Source: an uncultured Eubacteriales bacterium (GTDB taxonomy: Bacteria > Bacillota > Clostridia > Oscillospirales > CAG-272). From it: a DNA stretch of 64,000 nucleotides. Made by a program: the position numbers and the translations under genes. Shown here in pieces: positions 62,451-64,000 of this stretch. How positions within the stretch are numbered: the stretch's first letter is position 1; each line of letters starts with the position of its first letter. The notes beneath the pieces were generated by a model, which was given only the letters and a program-made list of their open reading frames with translations, was not told where the DNA came from and searched no databases. The stretch is taken from NCBI GenBank assembly GCA_934373635.1, contig CAKROZ010000002.1, forward strand, positions 123,540 to 187,539, written 5' to 3'.

Positions 62451-64000
62451 TCAGCGAAGCTCCTTGGTCTCGATATGATCCATATCGTCAAACTCCTGAT
62501 TTTCGCCGCACATTGCCCAGATGAAGGAATAATTCTTCGTGCCGACGCCGCTGTGGATCGACCACGAGGGAGAGATCACCGCCTCCTCGTTGTGCATGAG
62601 GATATGGCGGGTCTCCTTCGGCTCGCCCATCATATGGAAGACGGCATCGTTCGGTCCCATGTCGAGGTAAAGATAGACCTCCATGCGGCGGTCATGGGTA
62701 TGGCAGGGCATGGTATTCCAGTTCGAGCCGACCTCAAGTTGTGTCAGACCCATGGCGAGCTGACAGGACTGCATGACCTCGGGATGGATGTACTGGTTGA
62801 TGACTCTCTTGTTGCAATCCTCGACCGAGCCGCAGGGCACCTTGCGCGCCTTGGTGATGTCGATCTTGACGGTGGGGTACTCTTTATGTGCGGGGCAGGA
62901 GGTGATGTAGAATTTCGCGGGGTTCGTCTCATCGACACTGCGGAAGCGGAGGTCACGATGACCGCGCCCGACGTAAATGCCGTCGCGGGGATTCATCTCA
63001 TAGGTTTCGCCGTCGACGGTAATGACGCCGGCGCCGCCGATGTTGATGCAACCGAGCTCGCGGCGCTCGAGGAAGTAATCCGCGGCAAGCTCCTTGCCCG
63101 CCTCGAGCTTCAGCTCAAGCTTCACGGGCATCATACCGATCACGATGATGCGGTCGGTGTGGCTGTAGACCATGCGGATATTGTCCTTTGTAAAGAGGTT
63201 CGCGATGTGGAATTCCTCTCTCAGTCTGTCGGTGGTATAGTATTTTACGTCCTTTGCATTGGATGCGTCTCTGACTTCCATGCCTTTTTTCTCCTCTTTG
63301 ATATAATTTCCGTAAATTTCGATCTGTGACAGGGCGGCAAAGGACAAAGAGCCGTCCTCAAGCCGCATCTGACGGAAGGCGGTGAGCTTCACCGTTCTCG
63401 TCTTTTTCTTCGGGAATTCGAAGGTCTGCCCTTCCTTTGTCCCGAGGAGGGTCAGGGGGATGCGCGACTTGTCCGAAAACTCGAGCGCCGCCTCCTTCCA
63501 ATAGGTATCGTGGGGAAAATCCGCGCGAAGGTAGATCGTGACGTGTGAGACCTCGACCTCGCGACCGAAGTCGACCTCGTATTCAAGATCCTCGCGGAGT
63601 CCGCCGCCCCACGAATGGTAGGGGTAGTTCCCGTGTCCCGTGTTCTCGGTGATGCCATCGATGGCATTGCGCTCGAAGAAGCAGGGATCCTCACGCGTGA
63701 CGAAGTTTGCCACGGCGTGGGGAAAATATTTCGCGACGTTGTGGCGGTCATGCGAGTTTAAGGAGATCAGGCGTTCCCCGTAGATCTCGGCATCGGAGAG
63801 CTCCCATGCCCGCACGCGATGATCCGCCCCGTCGAAGGTCCCGGGGGCATAGCACGCCACCCGTTCACGGTCAAAGGGAATCTCAAACTCGAATACACCG
63901 TCGGGAAGATAGACAACGGAGGGGGCAAGCGTCTCGGCAAACGCGAGCTTCACAAACTCGGCGCCGTCCGTCTCGAGACGGAGGCGGTCGCCGTGCTCGT
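62451..64000 (-). CDS. kduI: 5-dehydro-4-deoxy-D-glucuronate isomerase (KduI) fused in frame to an upstream discoidin/F5-8-type-C-like domain; N-terminus lies beyond the right edge
   Basis: The region 62451-63281 (MEVRDASNAKDV...WNTMPCHTHDRRMEVYLY...ISPSWSIHSGVGT) aligns along its full length with E. coli KduI as I recall it. The frame stays open upstream through NAIDGITENTGHGNYPYHSWGGG...VDFGREVEVSHVTIYLRAD to base 64000. An internal GAGGAG lies 9 nt before ATG 63281. Confidence 0.8.
   Translation of the reverse strand, partial: EHGDRLRLETDGAEFVKLAFAETLAPSVVYLPDGVFEFEIPFDRERVACYAPGTFDGADHRVRAWELSDAEIYGERLISLNSHDRHNVAKYFPHAVANFVTREDPCFFERNAIDGITENTGHGNYPYHSWGGGLREDLEYEVDFGREVEVSHVTIYLRADFPHDTYWKEAALEFSDKSRIPLTLLGTKEGQTFEFPKKKTRTVKLTAFRQMRLEDGSLSFAALSQIEIYGNYIKEEKKGMEVRDASNAKDVKYYTTDRLREEFHIANLFTKDNIRMVYSHTDRIIVIGMMPVKLELKLEAGKELAADYFLERRELGCINIGGAGVITVDGETYEMNPRDGIYVGRGHRDLRFRSVDETNPAKFYITSCPAHKEYPTVKIDITKARKVPCGSVEDCNKRVINQYIHPEVMQSCQLAMGLTQLEVGSNWNTMPCHTHDRRMEVYLYLDMGPNDAVFHMMGEPKETRHILMHNEEAVISPSWSIHSGVGTKNYSFIWAMCGENQEFDDMDHIETKELR

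Noticed and set aside
61620-63329. A 569-aa plus-strand ORF opposite kduD and kduI, and the N-terminal 135 codons of the 523-aa ORF at 60365-61936
   Set aside because: The first is an antisense shadow. The second is an out-of-frame read-through of kduD upstream of the real GH88 start (ATG 61528, with an RBS).

Overview
This 64-kb window is a high-G+C chromosomal segment. It looks like a spore-forming Clostridia-class Firmicute, based on the spoIIAA-spoIIAB-sigF operon, a perfect CIRCE operator in front of groES-groEL, sigmaA-type TTGACA/TATAAT promoters and GGAGG ribosome-binding sites. I support about 50 protein genes, one tRNA-Leu(CAG), one THF riboswitch, many hairpin terminators and several repeat families. 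Most genes are housekeeping or metabolic: rqcH (partial), copA, asnS, darA, map, ogt, mscL, groESL, an NCS2 purine permease, hypA/hypB, and a GH88-kduD-kduI uronate cluster. All calls come from hand translation and motif recall. No database search or computation was run, so starts are approximate and family names are recollections.

The strongest candidate for something undescribed is the gene at 42271-45504 (+). It encodes a 1077-aa predicted lipoprotein made almost entirely of 43 tandem ~21-30-aa modules, H-x-[YF]-x(3-10)-C-x3-C-x2-C-(G)-x2-R. I count about 134 Cys in total. That pattern implies an extracellular array of Cys3His sites, and I cannot assign it to any named family.

Other notable items:
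- a 2267-aa low-G+C secreted modular protein (53147-59950)
- a THF-riboswitch-controlled in-frame FolT-FolC fusion
- a hypB / 951-aa Fe-S flavoprotein / hypA operon with no hydrogenase nearby
- a dispersed (RWGAATT)n heptamer repeat family in intergenic DNA
- tandem copies of terminator half-sites after mscL and groEL
- a low-G+C islet with a frameshifted DUF3990 gene
- an orphan N6-adenine methyltransferase with NPPT in place of NPPY
- an in-frame discoidin-like/KduI fusion running off the right edge

Many very long ORFs in the supplied track are antisense shadows of real genes, which is typical of GC-rich DNA. I rejected them.
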